Positions 49,144-58,882 are shown, counted from the stretch's first letter. The stretch: DNA of 64,000 bases from an uncultured Bacteroides sp. (GCA_964499325.1 CAZCKS010000001.1:5627-69626); one strand, 5' to 3'. The notes: generated from the sequence alone by a model not told the origin. Numbers and translations are program-made.

Positions 49144-49211
49144 CTCAAATTTGGGCATTTTTGCGCACCACACGCAGAAATCTAAATGGTAGAAATGTTA
49201 TCAATATAAGT
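49144..49211 (-). promoter_or_regulatory. CRISPR leader (68 bp between csn2 stop and first repeat)
   Basis: The minus strand ends ...AAATTTGAG directly before repeat 1. ATTTGAG is, as I recall, the leader-anchoring motif of S. pyogenes-like II-A systems. Confidence 0.6.
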
Positions 49212-49898
49212 TTAACACACATTTTCGCCGTCGACAAGAATTTCGCACAAATCATTATCGATAACGATAACTTTTTCGTTTTTTACACGCGAAAACTGCG
49301 TTCTTTCCAAAAACAACACACCGTATTGAGCATATCCGATATGCGTCAAGAGCGAACAAAACTCTTCATCACAAAGAAACGTTCTTGCATTTACAAGTAC
49401 AAAAAACTTGGTTCCAAGGAATTTCGCAGAGGCGTCAAGATAATCGACAAGAGTGTCAACAAACGATATATTTTCTTCCTTTGGCGACACTTTTAATGCC
49501 TTCAGAATATCTGAAAAGTCAAAATCGGCATTATAGTCAACTGCCATTGGCGAGTCAACCGCCAGTTCATCAACAAAGGAAATTATGCGCGAAACCAAAT
49601 CCACATACTCTTGTTGCAAGGAGTCCTCCTTTATTTGCGCAAGCCCCTCGTAAAGCCCGGCAACAATCTTTTTGTCAGACAAAGACAAATTGACAAGGTC
49701 GAACAATATTTTGCCACTCTTTTTGAACGAAAGCGATGTTCTATTGTCCTCAATTATAAAATCTCCGTCTTCGCCCTGCTGTTGAGATAGAAAATCATTG
49801 CAATATCCCAAAAATTTTTGCGGATTTTCACAGACCAACACTGCGGCGTTTTCGTATAGTTCCAAAGGTGCGGAAAAATCAAAATGACATATTTTCAT
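49212..49898 (-). CDS. csn2: Csn2 (type II-A marker)
   Basis: 228 aa, last gene of the cas operon next to the leader. The N-terminus ...[18 protein letters not shown] resembles Csn2. Confidence 0.8.
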   Translation of the reverse strand: MKICHFDFSAPLELYENAAVLVCENPQKFLGYCNDFLSQQQGEDGDFIIEDNRTSLSFKKSGKILFDLVNLSLSDKKIVAGLYEGLAQIKEDSLQQEYVDLVSRIISFVDELAVDSPMAVDYNADFDFSDILKALKVSPKEENISFVDTLVDYLDASAKFLGTKFFVLVNARTFLCDEEFCSLLTHIGYAQYGVLFLERTQFSRVKNEKVIVIDNDLCEILVDGENVC

Positions 49899-50215
49899 AG
49901 TATCACCAAACGATTGTCGTTATCTACGACGTTGCTTTTTATGTCGCCGACAACCAATTCCATCCTTTCAAACTGCCGTTCCGTGACGGTGAGCATTTGG
50001 ACAATTCCTCTTTTTGCACAATGTTTGCGTACGTTTTCTTTCACCGCTTCTCCGACGGTGTTGTTAAGCACGATTTTGCTATACACGGACTCTTGCATCA
50101 TCACAAATCCGCTCTTGATAAGAAACTTCCGAAACGCACGATACTCCGCCCTATCCTTGGACGTTTCAACAGGCAAATCAAAAAACACAACGATACGCAT
50201 AAATCTATAACTCAT
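49895..50215 (-). CDS. cas2: Cas2
   Basis: [45 protein letters not shown]. 4-nt overlap with csn2. Confidence 0.9.
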   Translation of the reverse strand: MSYRFMRIVVFFDLPVETSKDRAEYRAFRKFLIKSGFVMMQESVYSKIVLNNTVGEAVKENVRKHCAKRGIVQMLTVTERQFERMELVVGDIKSNVVDNDNRLVIL

Positions 50216-51071
50216 AAAAACATATTTGCGACAAATCCTTTGTGTTTAACGCATTGAATACACTCTTGCAATATATTGATATCGCATCGAGAACGGTATG
50301 TTCCCTCCCCGCGATACGCACCTTTTGATTGGTTACGTTTTGCAACACTCTTTTTGCATCGGTGTCAAACTTTTCACCGTCCATTGCACAAACCGTCCTA
50401 TCCACTAAAATCCTAAAAGGTTCCATTAGATCGCAAGAAAAGTTGAACGGATTGAACTCACTGCGATGATATAAGCCTATTTGCGTATTGTATCCGTTTG
50501 CAACAACGGCGCGATTAAAGGCGGACAAAATTATGGCATATCCGTAATCTAACGCACTGTTGATAAAGCACTGTTTACCCCTTGAAAAAGACAAGCCGAA
50601 AAGCGCATTGAAATACACTTTGGCAGAATGTCCTTCGCGGTTGGAAACATCACCTCGTTGCAATTCCTCGATATAAGAAAATAGCAATGCCGATTGCTCG
50701 CTACCGACATCCTTGAGATGTTTCGCTTGCTGAAAAATCTTGTTGGCAACAATCTCCGTCCAAACGTCGGTGCGAATATCCTCATCCCACTCCATTTGTG
50801 CCTTCAACTTCTTGCTTGCGTCAAAACTTCCGTTGATGGGCAATAACTGTGAGTGTGGATTGTGTTGCTCATCGCAAAACACAACGCTTATCTTGTTTTT
50901 GATAAGTTCACACACAAGCGCCGAGGTAAACGAAACGGCAGTGGACTCGACAATCAGCGTGGATATTTCCGAGAGATGAATCTTTTGTATTTGCTCGTTT
51001 CTACACACAAGATAACCCATCTTGTATTCAAGTTTACTGTGTGTAGAAACGACAACCGTGCGCCAACTCAT
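50205..51071 (-). CDS. cas1: Cas1 (type II)
   Basis: 288 aa. [22 protein letters not shown]... and the C-terminal half are Cas1-like. Overlaps the cas9 stop. Confidence 0.9.
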   Translation of the reverse strand: MSWRTVVVSTHSKLEYKMGYLVCRNEQIQKIHLSEISTLIVESTAVSFTSALVCELIKNKISVVFCDEQHNPHSQLLPINGSFDASKKLKAQMEWDEDIRTDVWTEIVANKIFQQAKHLKDVGSEQSALLFSYIEELQRGDVSNREGHSAKVYFNALFGLSFSRGKQCFINSALDYGYAIILSAFNRAVVANGYNTQIGLYHRSEFNPFNFSCDLMEPFRILVDRTVCAMDGEKFDTDAKRVLQNVTNQKVRIAGREHTVLDAISIYCKSVFNALNTKDLSQICFYEL

Positions 51072-54000
51072 TGTCTATAATATACCGTTAGATCTATGGT
51101 TTCTCTATAATATCCAGTCGGCGATTGGGTTATGAGAAGAGCCTCTTCATTCTCGTCGATTTTCTTTGAACGCTTCTGTTCTCCAACACCCGATTTCCCA
51201 CCGATTAATGTTAAATCAGACTTGTCGCCGTTACACTGCATAAAATGCAATACTGCCATTATCAAATCAACTTGACTTTTTTCGTCCATTTGAACAAATG
51301 TTTCTCTTTTCTCTTCAAGAAGTGCACATTGTTTCTTCATCGTAATCAAATTTATGTATGGCTCATGTGAAAGTTTCTGGCACAATGTGTCGTATAGGGC
51401 AACATTTTGTGCTTTAGATATTTTATCAAACTCAAATGAAGGCTCAATGTTCTTCTGTTTGGTTTTTTTGTCTTTAAAAGCGCAAACCTTTTTTAGATAA
51501 GCAGTGCTTTCGCCATCTAACACAAGTTGGTTGGCATTACAAAGTATAATTCTATCTTCGGTCTTTCCCTTGAGCCAATAATATGCTCCATTGAATTTCA
51601 CAAGAGAGTTTTTCTTGATTTTATCAATCAAAATTCTTGGCTGTTTTAATTTCACATTTTCTTTGAGGAAATTCGTGATCGCACACTTCCCAAGCAATGT
51701 AACATAAATAGGGATTGGTTCAAGAGAAATAAGTCTTTTACCTTTCTTATCCAAACTTTCAACAAGGGCAAAATGAGACGTTGCTGCAGCATCATAACCA
51801 CCGTATTTGTCGATTTTCTCCAAAATTCCGTTGTGTTTAAGAGGAACAAGGTTGCTGTTTGTTCCTTTCCTCTTTATCGTTGCTTCCCACAGTTGACCAT
51901 GTCCAGAAGAGGTGAAACGCACTACTTTGGGCGTGTTTCTATTGGCAATTTGACACACCTTGCGCATCATTGCAGGATTCCACGCACCGTATATGTTCTC
52001 ATAAAAGAGTTTTCTCAAATCATAGCCGTTCTTTTTCTCCTCGTCGGTTTTGAGAGTGTTCTCTTTGGTTGTCGTTTGGTAAAAACGATTGAATTTTGTA
52101 TAATAAACGTTGCCGACAACAATGTTGAGATACGCATCTTTTGCGTGGTGCAAATCGTTGAGATCTCTAACCTTTATTATGTCCTCAACATGCTTGTTGC
52201 TGTTGACGGTGTTTTTGAATTCAACCACATTGCCCGCTTTAGAATACACAATTTGGGCATCGGGATACATTTGTTTAAGGATATTGGCAACCTCTTTTGT
52301 GCTTTGACGCGTAGACACAATTTGGCGCGCAATAAAGGCATCCAACTCTTCGCTTGACAATGGCGTATTTCTCGTAAGGCGCTTGAATTTCTCATCGGAA
52401 ATAAGTTTTCTATTGTGCCACATTGTCCATATTGGCATCATCTTATGGCGTACATCTTGCGACAAGGGGTATACGTCTTGTTTTGCGCTGTTTTCCGTCT
52501 TGAAACAAAGCACTTTGTTGTTTATAACGCTATCGTCTTTTATCTTCGATTGCGGATAAATATGGTCTATATCGCAAATATTGGTATCAAGCGCCTCTTC
52601 TATCCTTATCGGCTTGCCCGAATATGCACTGCGCCCCATTTGCATATAGTACAAATACAACTTGTCACTCAAGAAGCGTCTGTCTTCCGTCGCCTCGATT
52701 TCCTTGTGCCACGCTCTTTCCTCATCCTTAATGGACTTGTACAAATCGAGCATTTGCTCTTTTCTTGATTTTGTGGGCTTTTTGTCTTTATCTTCGCCCC
52801 TTGCCATTTCGATAAATATACGAGATGGCGGACAGCCTTGCACTTTTTCTATTTCTCTTGCAAGGCACACTGTGCGCCAAATGGCACGCTTGACAGACGG
52901 AGAGCAGTACAAATCCTCAATCGTTTCATACGTCACCTTGCCGTCGTTGCGATATTGCGCATTGTACTTTTCAATGTTTGCAGAAAAATCGTATTTATTG
53001 GAAAGCAACTCCATAAGATTGCATCCCGTTTCGCGCATTGCTTGAATAATCGTCAGCATTTCGCCACTTTCTTTGGACACGGTGTAAATTGCCTCTCCGT
53101 CAAGGAACTCTTTTGACAATCTTCCCCAACCCGAACAACTCCAACCTTTAAGTTGTTTTACAACTTCGTCGTCAAGATTGTATTGTCTCTTTATACGCTC
53201 GGTCGCACGCATGCTGCCCTTGTCCCCCATAATAGTGAAACACCTTATAATATCCTCGCACATATCGACATCAAAATCGTCACCTAACACACACTTAAGG
53301 AATATATATGAAGAGAAATTGCTTTTGATTTCTTTGTCTATTCCGGCAAAGTTCTCCTCTTTGCCCTCGCCCTTTTCTATCAAGCCGTTATTTTCAAGGA
53401 TTTTGCCTATTTGCTTGCGAGTAATCTTTTGCCTGTTCGCTTTTGCGTGATTGAGTATCGCCTCTCTTGCACTCTTATCAAGCCTGTTCCCCTTGTATGT
53501 CACGTTGTTGAGTTCGTTTAAGAAAGCAAATTCACTGTACAACAACGATTGTTTTGGCAACACGTCCTCGCCGATAAGGTAAGAACACTTGTTGGTCATT
53601 CTCTCGATAAATGCGTCCTCACACGCTTGCTCGTCGACAACTTGCTTGAAGTTCCAAGGCGTAATTTTCACGTTTTGGGTACCGGCATGTTTTTTTACCC
53701 ACGCAAAGCCGTTCTTGCCGTCAGAATGCGCATCGTTGAGCGGTCCGACGTAATACGGAATTCTAAACGTCATAAGCGCGATAATCTTGTCCTTCACGCT
53801 ATATCCGTCTTGCATCTCGTTGAGGAACGGGAAGTTTTGACTTGCGTTTTGCAGAATTAGTTCCAATTCAGTCAAATGTAACTGGTAAGGTATCACGCCA
53901 TTGGCATTTGTGCGCTGTTTTTCAAGGAACGTGCCGTCTTCTATTCTTTGCATTATTTCGGCATTGTCTTTAACAATAGATTTCAAATACGCATAAAAAT

Positions 54001-55129
54001 CTTCTTTTTTACACGGTTTTACATTGACATCTCTATCTTTTCCAACGTATGCAGCATAGTTTGCCACGCCTGCGCGATATGAGAACATCTCATTGTATTT
54101 CTCTTTCCCGAAATTGGCGCGGATATATTCTTTGAGCCACTGTTTATCCTCTTTGTGTCTGTCAAATTTTGCGCACATTGCCTCAGATATGTATTTGTGC
54201 TCGCCAAGAATTTGCGATAATACCGCCCAATCGTATACGGTCTTTGCCTCGCATATCAATGCATATTCGTCTTCGGAAAGGCTGTCTTTGAGTTGCTCAA
54301 TTACAAAGCCGTCGTCGTTAAAAGAAAAATCTTTAACGTCCGTCTCGCTTTCTTTGAAAAGTTTCTTTACGGAAACTTTTCCGCCGACCATTGCTTTTAC
54401 GAGCATTTCGCGAGTGCCATCGCCTTTTGTACCCAAAAGGTTTTTTAACTTGCGCTCCTTATCGGACTTTGTCGTGTTTTTATCCGAAACGACGTCCAAT
54501 GCTTCGCTCAACTTGTCGAGGGACAACTCTAGAGCACCATCAAACATGGATTCCAAAATTTTGCGGATTTTGTCAAAAGCCCCCTTGACAATCTCCTTGT
54601 CGCCCGCCTTTATTTCTTTCCCCTCAAACAAGAAATGCCCACGGTGTTTGATTATGTGCGCAACGGCAAGATACAAAATTCTTATGTCCTTAATCTCTCT
54701 TGCCTTGTCTTTGTCTAACAAGTCGCGCCTTAGATGGTATACTGTCGGATATTTTGTGTGAAAATCTTTGTCGGTAAAGTTTGCATCATGGAAAAGATTG
54801 TCGTCGTATCTGATGCCGTCACTTTTATCTTCAAGCGCATATTTGCTGTTGTTCAAACGCTCGAAAAAGCAGAAATCTGCCTTTGCAATCTCTTCGGCAA
54901 ACAATTCTTGCAAAAGTTTTATGCGCCCTCTTTTGCGCGCCAAACGTCTGCGTGCCGTTCTGCTCATACGTCTTGACTCAGCCGTTTGCGCCTCATCAAA
55001 CAAATACGTGCCCCAAAAGTCTTGTCCGCGCGCTTTGAGCAAATTGTACTCTTCGTCGGTTGTCGCCCAACCAATGGAACTTGTACCAATATCGAAACCT
55101 AAATAATAATTCTTCATTTGTATTGACAT
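51068..55129 (-). CDS. cas9: Cas9, 1353 aa
   Basis: RuvC-I YYLGFDIGTSSIGWA and HNH DIDHIYPQSKIKDDSVINNKVL. Arg-rich bridge helix SRRMSRTARRRLARKRGR. Catalytic Asp and His are present. Confidence 0.95.
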   Translation of the reverse strand: MSIQMKNYYLGFDIGTSSIGWATTDEEYNLLKARGQDFWGTYLFDEAQTAESRRMSRTARRRLARKRGRIKLLQELFAEEIAKADFCFFERLNNSKYALEDKSDGIRYDDNLFHDANFTDKDFHTKYPTVYHLRRDLLDKDKAREIKDIRILYLAVAHIIKHRGHFLFEGKEIKAGDKEIVKGAFDKIRKILESMFDGALELSLDKLSEALDVVSDKNTTKSDKERKLKNLLGTKGDGTREMLVKAMVGGKVSVKKLFKESETDVKDFSFNDDGFVIEQLKDSLSEDEYALICEAKTVYDWAVLSQILGEHKYISEAMCAKFDRHKEDKQWLKEYIRANFGKEKYNEMFSYRAGVANYAAYVGKDRDVNVKPCKKEDFYAYLKSIVKDNAEIMQRIEDGTFLEKQRTNANGVIPYQLHLTELELILQNASQNFPFLNEMQDGYSVKDKIIALMTFRIPYYVGPLNDAHSDGKNGFAWVKKHAGTQNVKITPWNFKQVVDEQACEDAFIERMTNKCSYLIGEDVLPKQSLLYSEFAFLNELNNVTYKGNRLDKSAREAILNHAKANRQKITRKQIGKILENNGLIEKGEGKEENFAGIDKEIKSNFSSYIFLKCVLGDDFDVDMCEDIIRCFTIMGDKGSMRATERIKRQYNLDDEVVKQLKGWSCSGWGRLSKEFLDGEAIYTVSKESGEMLTIIQAMRETGCNLMELLSNKYDFSANIEKYNAQYRNDGKVTYETIEDLYCSPSVKRAIWRTVCLAREIEKVQGCPPSRIFIEMARGEDKDKKPTKSRKEQMLDLYKSIKDEERAWHKEIEATEDRRFLSDKLYLYYMQMGRSAYSGKPIRIEEALDTNICDIDHIYPQSKIKDDSVINNKVLCFKTENSAKQDVYPLSQDVRHKMMPIWTMWHNRKLISDEKFKRLTRNTPLSSEELDAFIARQIVSTRQSTKEVANILKQMYPDAQIVYSKAGNVVEFKNTVNSNKHVEDIIKVRDLNDLHHAKDAYLNIVVGNVYYTKFNRFYQTTTKENTLKTDEEKKNGYDLRKLFYENIYGAWNPAMMRKVCQIANRNTPKVVRFTSSGHGQLWEATIKRKGTNSNLVPLKHNGILEKIDKYGGYDAAATSHFALVESLDKKGKRLISLEPIPIYVTLLGKCAITNFLKENVKLKQPRILIDKIKKNSLVKFNGAYYWLKGKTEDRIILCNANQLVLDGESTAYLKKVCAFKDKKTKQKNIEPSFEFDKISKAQNVALYDTLCQKLSHEPYINLITMKKQCALLEEKRETFVQMDEKSQVDLIMAVLHFMQCNGDKSDLTLIGGKSGVGEQKRSKKIDENEEALLITQSPTGYYRETIDLTVYYRQ

Positions 55130-55159
55130 CTCCGTTTTTTATGTTATAATATGCTTACT

Positions 55160-55276
55160 TAAATGATTGACTACCATTTAAGGTAACACCATGTAGTTCA
55201 AATAAAATTTTTTCACATCGCCGGATATCCGGTTCGCACGTTGTGCGGTCTCAAAACTCGCTTTGCGAGTTTTTTG
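55160..55276 (+). ncRNA. Predicted tracrRNA, divergent from cas9
   Basis: The anti-repeat from 55167 (ttgactaccatttaaggtaacaccatgtagttcaaa) pairs with the crRNA repeat: 26 contiguous pairs including one G-U, then a 2-3-nt bulge, then about 5 more pairs. It is followed by hairpins ccggatatccgg and cgcacgttgtgcg and a terminator aaaactcgc ttt gcgagtttttt. A TATAAT box lies at 55145-55150. The exact 5' end is not determinable. Confidence 0.8.
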
Positions 55277-55612
55277 TTTGCAGCCAAATCGTTTTTAACG
55301 CCATTTTATTTGTTCATATTGCGTTTTAGCGCAACATTTCAACGATTTCTTGTATTGAATACTGTCGCGTAATAGATTAGTTTGATTGATAAGTGGTTGT
55401 TTTTTGAGTGCAATTTTCCGTCTTTTGCCCATTGCGCATTTTGCGCAATATCCTATCGCATATAAAATATCATATCTTGTGGGACATTTTTGTCCCGTTA
55501 GCACAATTTTTAAATAATTCGGACTTTTGTCAATATTTAGCAATCGCTTTGCGCAAATTATTATATTGATAATCACTCCCGTATGACTATATAATAAATA
55601 ACATCTTGCACG

Positions 55613-57415
55613 TTGTCAATATTGACTATGTCGATTTTGCCGCGGATTTCGCAAAACATTATTAATTTTTCCCACATTCAATGCCGTAAAGTTGCTGTGT
55701 TTATTAAATCTATTTATCAACACGTTTTGCCAATATTGCTTTTTTTTAACCGCTATGCTATACTTACTAAAAATGCAATATTTGGTATTATCGTGAACGA
55801 CGTTGTGCAACTAAAAATTTTTGATTTAAACAATCAAAACAATAACTCAGGTCAAAAAAAACAATCAGATTTATCGGATTGTGGTTTAGTTGCATGCCCT
55901 GTTTCTAACAGGTTTTTGTATTACGAGAAAAAAGACTATATAAATGATGTTGCTCGTTTGGGACTTAAACAAACTTGGGATGAAATTATTTATTACACTC
56001 TCAACAACACAAACCTAAATCCAAATCTTAGCATTGACAAATTTTCTGAATTATATGAAGCGGGGCTAGCTGTTCAAGACAAAAACTCAAAAAAAAGACA
56101 GGGACAATACTATACCCCGAACGATGTTGCAAATTTAATGGCAAGGTGGCTTTTTCAAAACAAAGGCTCTGCCGTGTGTGATGTTGCATGTGGAACCGGA
56201 CAACTAATTCTTGCCTATTTGGAAATTTTAAGCGATGAGGCAGTAAAATTATTGCAAAGCGGTAATGTTTATTTGTACGATAATGACCCTATTGCATTAA
56301 ACATCTGCAAAACTATTTTGATTGTAAAGTATGGGTACGAATCCGTATCGCATGTTCATTTTGTGTGCGCCGATTTTTTATCCAAAGATATATGCCTGCC
56401 AGATAATTGTAAGGTAATTTGCAATCCTCCCTATTCACAAGCATCTAAAATAGAAGAGTGTTGGGACAAAACAAACACCGCCGTTTCAACAAAATCGCTT
56501 TATGCTATGTTTATGGAAAAGATTATTAAGCAAAGCGCAAGCAGTGTAATAATCACTCCATATAGTTTTGTTGGAGCAGAAAAATTCTATTCATTAAGAT
56601 TGGTTTTAAACAACTACAACGGATATATCATATCATTTGATAATGTGCCGGGGAATGTTTTTAATGGTAAAAAGCAGGGGGTTTTTAATTCTAATACGAC
56701 AAATTCGGTTCGCGCAGCAATAACAGTGGTGCAAAACAAAGAAAATGTCCGCGGATTTCGCATATCTCCAGTTATTCGTTTTAAGAATACGGAAAGAGAA
56801 AGATTGTTAGAACCAACGGTATTAGAATCGTTTTTGAATGAAGAAGGTCAAATTGTATCGGGCTCAAACATGCGCTTCTATAAATGCCATAAAGAACTAT
56901 ATCCAATATGGCAAAAGTGGATCTCTACTTGTAACGAAACACTGGGAGATTATGTTGTTAAAGATGGTCCATATGTTTTATCGATACCCACAACCTGTCG
57001 ATATTTTACAGTTGCGGCAAACGGCACAATGAATCGTTCTGGTAAAATAGAATTGCGTTTCGAAAACGAACACGCGTTTCATTATGCCTTCTGTTTGATA
57101 AACTCATCGTTTGCGTATTGGTATTGGAGAGTATATGACGGCGGAATAACCTTTTCTAAAAATCTATTGCTCTCAATCCCGTTTTTCTTCAATTTATTAA
57201 CAGATGAACAAATTGGTTTTTTTGACAATATGGCGTTAGATATGATATCGACAGCAAATCAATATATAGTAACAAAAAACAATAAGGGAACCCAAGAGAA
57301 TATAAAGTATCCTTTAAGGTATAAAGAAATGATTAATCGAAAACTGCTCGATGTGTTAGGCATAAACACATCGGAACGGGTATTTGATTGTATTCATGCC
57401 AACACGGCGTTTTAA
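55613..57415 (+). CDS. N6-adenine DNA methyltransferase (gamma-class, Eco57I/TaqI-like motif order) with C-terminal target-recognition region
   Basis: GQYYTPNDVANLMARW, motif I VCDVACGTGQL, motif IV ICNPPYS. The true start is uncertain: the ORF opens with TTG at 55613 and has no early ATG. Confidence 0.8.
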   Translation: MSILTMSILPRISQNIINFSHIQCRKVAVFIKSIYQHVLPILLFFNRYAILTKNAIFGIIVNDVVQLKIFDLNNQNNNSGQKKQSDLSDCGLVACPVSNRFLYYEKKDYINDVARLGLKQTWDEIIYYTLNNTNLNPNLSIDKFSELYEAGLAVQDKNSKKRQGQYYTPNDVANLMARWLFQNKGSAVCDVACGTGQLILAYLEILSDEAVKLLQSGNVYLYDNDPIALNICKTILIVKYGYESVSHVHFVCADFLSKDICLPDNCKVICNPPYSQASKIEECWDKTNTAVSTKSLYAMFMEKIIKQSASSVIITPYSFVGAEKFYSLRLVLNNYNGYIISFDNVPGNVFNGKKQGVFNSNTTNSVRAAITVVQNKENVRGFRISPVIRFKNTERERLLEPTVLESFLNEEGQIVSGSNMRFYKCHKELYPIWQKWISTCNETLGDYVVKDGPYVLSIPTTCRYFTVAANGTMNRSGKIELRFENEHAFHYAFCLINSSFAYWYWRVYDGGITFSKNLLLSIPFFFNLLTDEQIGFFDNMALDMISTANQYIVTKNNKGTQENIKYPLRYKEMINRKLLDVLGINTSERVFDCIHANTAF

Positions 57416-57470
57416 AACCGTGTGGCTAAATCGGATGGTGCTTAAATAAGCGCACAAGGGGTGGAAAAAT

Positions 57471-58601
57471 ATGTTTTGTGAACTAAATGACAATAATGCG
57501 TTGACAAAACCACAAAAAGAAATAATGTCAGAGTTTTATTCTATGCCGCCGGCAAGGGTAATTCTGAATAAATCTCGGCGAAATACGCTGTGGAATAAAA
57601 CAAAAACAAAGTCTTCTGATATAGAATTCGATTTAATAGAGAACATTTGTCCTGCACTTGCGCACCAAATTAGACGCAGTTATGAATCCGAAAACAATAT
57701 ACAGTCTGCGGTTTTTAGCGAATGTGTTTATGCTCAAACGATAGCAAATATGTTTAACCTTAATACGTTTGTTAATTGTTATTCTAACCCGACGTTTATT
57801 CCAGAATCTATAAAAAATCTCTTATATACACACCGTCTCTTCCCTCGTTATGCTTATTCGTCCGAAAACAAAGATAGAATGCTGATTCAGGCGGGAGGGT
57901 GTAACGGTATAGACAGTGCGCTGGTTTCAGTTAGTAATCTTGTCATCTATACAATAGAATTTAAAGAACCCGGTGCAAAAACTAGCGAGCATGATCTTCC
58001 AAAATATAACGAAAATGGCATAATGCAAATAACTGAATTGTGGAAGAATAATAATTCACAATTTTTAAAGATGCTTTCTGAAAAACCAGAATTAAATTTC
58101 TTTGAACACATGGGGCACAACATCAACGACTTTTCCAATGAAAGTGTTATGTTTGCTGTATCCAATAATTATACCAATCAAATGCTGGATGTTATTTGTA
58201 CGGAAGACAAAAACGGCTATTTGGTCATGATGCCAGCAAATCAAGTGCACTTGTGGGCGAAAATTGAAGGCGAAATCCGCCCTTCTGGAAGAAACAATTA
58301 CCCTGTTTGGACGCCAGATGCACTTATGAAATTTATATTGGATAAAGGTGCTGTTATAAATGAAAATCTTGCAACAATACCAAAGAATCAATTAATTGCC
58401 AGAAAAGCACGAGGGAGTGGCAAAATTTCAGGATATAAAATCAATCCGCTGTTTTTTGTATATAAGCACGACTACTGTGATAATAATGACACAATAACTT
58501 TTGAATTAGGCAAGGTTAGACAATTAAATCCAACAATTAGCGCAAAAGTTTTTTTCAAGACATTGCAATATTCTCAAGTTAAATCATATTATGGGGTATA
58601 A
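57471..58601 (+). CDS. Probable cognate restriction endonuclease (candidate PD-(D/E)XK site)
   Basis: Lies immediately downstream of the methyltransferase in the same A+T-rich block. GIDSALVSVSNLVIYTIEFKEPG fits D...(E)xK. No other family recognised. Confidence 0.5.
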   Translation: MFCELNDNNALTKPQKEIMSEFYSMPPARVILNKSRRNTLWNKTKTKSSDIEFDLIENICPALAHQIRRSYESENNIQSAVFSECVYAQTIANMFNLNTFVNCYSNPTFIPESIKNLLYTHRLFPRYAYSSENKDRMLIQAGGCNGIDSALVSVSNLVIYTIEFKEPGAKTSEHDLPKYNENGIMQITELWKNNNSQFLKMLSEKPELNFFEHMGHNINDFSNESVMFAVSNNYTNQMLDVICTEDKNGYLVMMPANQVHLWAKIEGEIRPSGRNNYPVWTPDALMKFILDKGAVINENLATIPKNQLIARKARGSGKISGYKINPLFFVYKHDYCDNNDTITFELGKVRQLNPTISAKVFFKTLQYSQVKSYYGV

Positions 58602-58701
58602 TTTTCTGTTTGATATCAGAGTATAATTTTTTGTGGCGGAAAAATCTAAAAATCATTTGACAAACCAATTATCAAATGATATTATCTTATAGCATTCACG
58701 T

Positions 58702-58777
58702 GGGGATATAGCTCAGTTGGTAGAGCGCCTGATTTGCATTCAGGAGGTCCTCGGTTCGAATCCGTGTATCTCCACCA
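58702..58777 (+). tRNA. tRNA-Ala (anticodon UGC), CCA encoded
   Basis: GGGGATA/TATCTCC acceptor with the G3:U70 identity pair. Anticodon loop TTTGCAT. T-arm GGTTCGAATCC. Confidence 0.9.
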
Positions 58778-58780
58778 CGA

Positions 58781-58857
58781 TGGATTGTAGCTCAGTAGGT
58801 TAGAGCACCACCCTGATAAGGTGGGGGTCGGTGGTTCGAGTCCACTCAATCCAACCA
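58781..58857 (+). tRNA. tRNA-Ile (anticodon GAU), CCA encoded
   Basis: Anticodon loop CTGATAA and T-arm GGTGGTTCGAGTCCACT. The acceptor TGGATTG/CAATCCA gives a U1:A72 first pair. Lies 3 nt after tRNA-Ala. Confidence 0.85.
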
Positions 58858-58882
58858 AAGCACTCAACAGAGTGCTTTTTTT
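58858..58882 (+). terminator. Intrinsic terminator after the tRNA pair
   Basis: aagcactc aaca gagtgctt plus T-run. Confidence 0.85.

Noticed and set aside
55295-55576. 93-aa minus-strand ORF between the tracrRNA and the methyltransferase, considered as an R-M controller protein
   Set aside because: It has a GTG start with GGGAG abutting it at zero spacing, no HTH pattern, and a Lys-rich low-complexity product in A+T-rich DNA. It is probably non-coding, though the TTGCGCAA-type palindromes there are noted under the R-M finding.
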